Shown in pieces: positions 61,571 to 64,000 of a stretch of 64,000 nucleotides of DNA. Both the position numbers and the translations under genes were made by a program. Position 1 is the first letter of the stretch, and each line of letters opens with the position of its first letter. The stretch covers positions 9,982,001 through 10,046,000 of the forward strand of contig NC_047063.1 of NCBI RefSeq assembly GCF_902459465.1. Direction: 5' to 3'. The notes beneath the pieces are model-generated. The model worked only from the letters and a program-made list of their open reading frames with translations, was not told the origin of the DNA and made no database searches. This stretch comes from Asterias rubens (Eukaryota).

Positions 61571-64000
61571 TCATCAATTTTCTATTGTCTTTTCAAATTT
61601 GCATACTAGTTTCTATTGTCTTTTCAAATTTGCAAACTAGTTTCTATTGTCTTTTCAAATTTGCATACTAATTAATATTGTCTTGAAAATGGACGTTGCC
61701 TATTTTCTATTGTCTTTTAAAATTTGCATACTAATTTCTATTGTCATATTTGGTATGCAAATAAGCTTCTTTTGTCATTTTTCGTATGTTAATAAGCGTT
61801 TTATGCCTATTCAAATTTCCGATTCTATTGTCTTTTTTCGTATGCAAATAAGCTTCCATTGTCTCTTTTCGTATGCAAATTAGCTTCCATTGACCTTTTT
61901 CGTATGCACATTAACTTATTTTGTCTATTCAAATTTGCAATTCTATTGTCTTTTTTCGTATGCAAATTAGTTTTTTTTGCAAATTTGTAGAATAATAAAA
62001 GAAGCTAATTTGCATATTAAAAAGACAATAGAAGCGAATTTGCATATCGAAAAAGACAATATAATCCAATTTACATAATAATAAAAGAAGCTAATTTGCA
62101 TATCGAAAAAGACAATAGAATCCAATTTACATAATAATAAAAGAAGCTAATTTGCATATCGAAAAAGACAATAGAATCCAATTTACATAATAATAAAAGA
62201 AGCTAATTTGCATATTAAAAAGACAAAAGAAGCAAATTTGTAGAATAATAAAAGAAGCTAATTTGCATATTAAAAAGACAATAGAAGCGAATTTGCATAA
62301 AAATAAAATAAGCTATTTGCATATCTAAAAAGACAAAAGAATCCAATTTACATAATAATAAAAGAAGCTAATTTGCACATCGAAAAAGACAATAGAATCC
62401 AATTTACATAATAATAAAATAAGCTAATTTGCATATTAAAATGACAAAAAAATCTAATTTGCATAATAATAAAATAAGCTAATTTGCATATTAAAAAGAC
62501 AAAAGAAGCAAATTTGTAGAATAATAAAAGAAGCTAATTTGCATATTAAAAAGACAAAAGAAGCAAATTTGTAGAATAATAAAAGAAGCTAATTTGCATA
62601 TCGAAAAAGACAATAGAAGCGAATTTGCATAATAATAAAATATGCTTATTTGCATATCGAAAAAGACAATAGAATCCAATTTACATAATAATAAAAGAAG
62701 CTAATTTGCATATCGAAAAAGACAATAGAATCCAATTTACATAATAATAAAATAAGCTAATTTGCATATTAAAAAGACAAAAAAATCTAATTTGCATAAT
62801 AATAAAATAAGCTAATTTGCATATTAAAAAGACAAAAGAAGCAAATTTGTAGAATAATAAAAGAAGCTAATTTGCATATTAAAATGACAAAAAAATCTAA
62901 TTTGCATAATAATAAAATAAGCTAATTTGCATATTAAAAAGACAAAAGAAGCAAATTTGTAGAATAATAAAAGAAGCTAATTTGCATATTAAAAAGACAA
63001 AGAAGCAAATTTGTAGAATAATAAAAGAAGCTAATTTGCATATTAAAAAGACAAAAGAAGCAAATTTGTAGAATAATAAAAGAAGCTAATTTGCATACGA
63101 AAAAAGACAATAGAAGCTTATTTGCATACGAAAAATGACAAAAGAAGCTTATTTGCATACGAAAAATGACAGGAATTGCCAATTTGAATAGGCAGAAAAC
63201 GCTAATTTGCATACGAAAGATGACAAAAGAAGCTAATTTGCATAAGAAAAAAGACAATAGAAGCTTATTTGCATACTAAAAAAGACAATAGAAGCTAATT
63301 TTCATACTAAAAAAGACAAAGGAATTGCCAATTTGAATAGGCAGAAAAGCTTATTTGCATACTAAAAAAGACAATAGAAGCTTATTTGCATTGGAAAAAG
63401 GACAAAGGAATTGCCAATTTGAATAGGCAGAAAACGCTAATTTGCATACGTAAAAAGACAATAGAAGCTAATTTGCATACGAAAAAAGACAATAGAAGCT
63501 TATTTGCATACGAAAAAAGACAAAGGAATTGCCAATTTGAATAGGCAGAAAAATGACAAAAGAAGCTAATTTGCATACTAAAAAAGACAATAGAAGCTTA
63601 TTTGCATACTCAAACAGACAAAGGAATTGCCAATTTGAATAGGCAGAAAAGGCTAATTTGCATACGAAACATGACAAAAGAAGCTAATTTGCATACGAAA
63701 AAAGACAATAGAAGCTTATTTGCATACGAAAAAAGACAAAGGAATTGCTAATTTGAATAGGCAGAAAACGCTAATTTGCATACGAAAAATGACAAAAGAA
63801 GCTTATTTGCATACCCTAATTTGAATAGGCAGAAAACGCTAATTTGCATACGAAAAATGACAAAAGAAGCTAATTTGCATACGAAAAAAAGACAATAGAA
63901 GCTTATTTGCATACGAAAAAAGACAAAGGAATTGCTAATTTGAATAGGCAGAAAACGCTAATTTGCATACGAAAAATGACAAAAGAAGCTTATTTGCATA
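61571..64000. repeat. Tandem array of about 28-30-bp monomers, most containing ATTTGCAT, with an orientation switch near 61975; runs off the window
   Basis: ttctattgtctttt...atgcaaat before about 61970; atttgcat...aaaagacaatagaa after 61981. Confidence 0.9.

Noticed and set aside
58820-63677. Plus- and minus-strand ORFs of 60-126 aa rich in F, S, L and K
   Set aside because: Products of stop-poor satellite periodicity.
61571-64000. CRISPR-like array
   Set aside because: Eukaryotic context; monomers are contiguous with no unique spacers and no cas genes.

Overview
AT-rich eukaryotic genomic DNA with many introns, probably from a marine invertebrate deuterostome (an echinoderm such as a sea star is my guess from repeat style only). 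Two well-supported protein-coding genes sit head-to-head. (1) A minus-strand type I protein arginine methyltransferase, most like PRMT6: 12 coding exons traced from 8589 down to 1291, last exon unresolved. (2) A plus-strand 23-exon, 1592-aa mosaic serine protease zymogen (9133-32779): N-terminal hydrophobic segment, CUB, three YWTD beta-propeller/EGF pairs, two Ig domains, an acidic activation peptide and a trypsin-fold domain. That protease domain is encoded by one exon and carries the factor X-type markers (Ser195 AGT, Ser214 AGC, Tyr225); it is the main finding. Introns and intergenic DNA hold many TTAA-flanked MITEs, L2-type LINE tails and SINE fragments. The second half contains orphan exon-like segments (35-38 kb), a 131-N gap, a decayed tandem array of exon-like modules (44.6-58.6 kb), a 21-bp-based satellite whose minus strand reads as a leucine heptad, and an octamer-rich tandem array that flips orientation near 61975. 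All calls are by eye; no searches were run.
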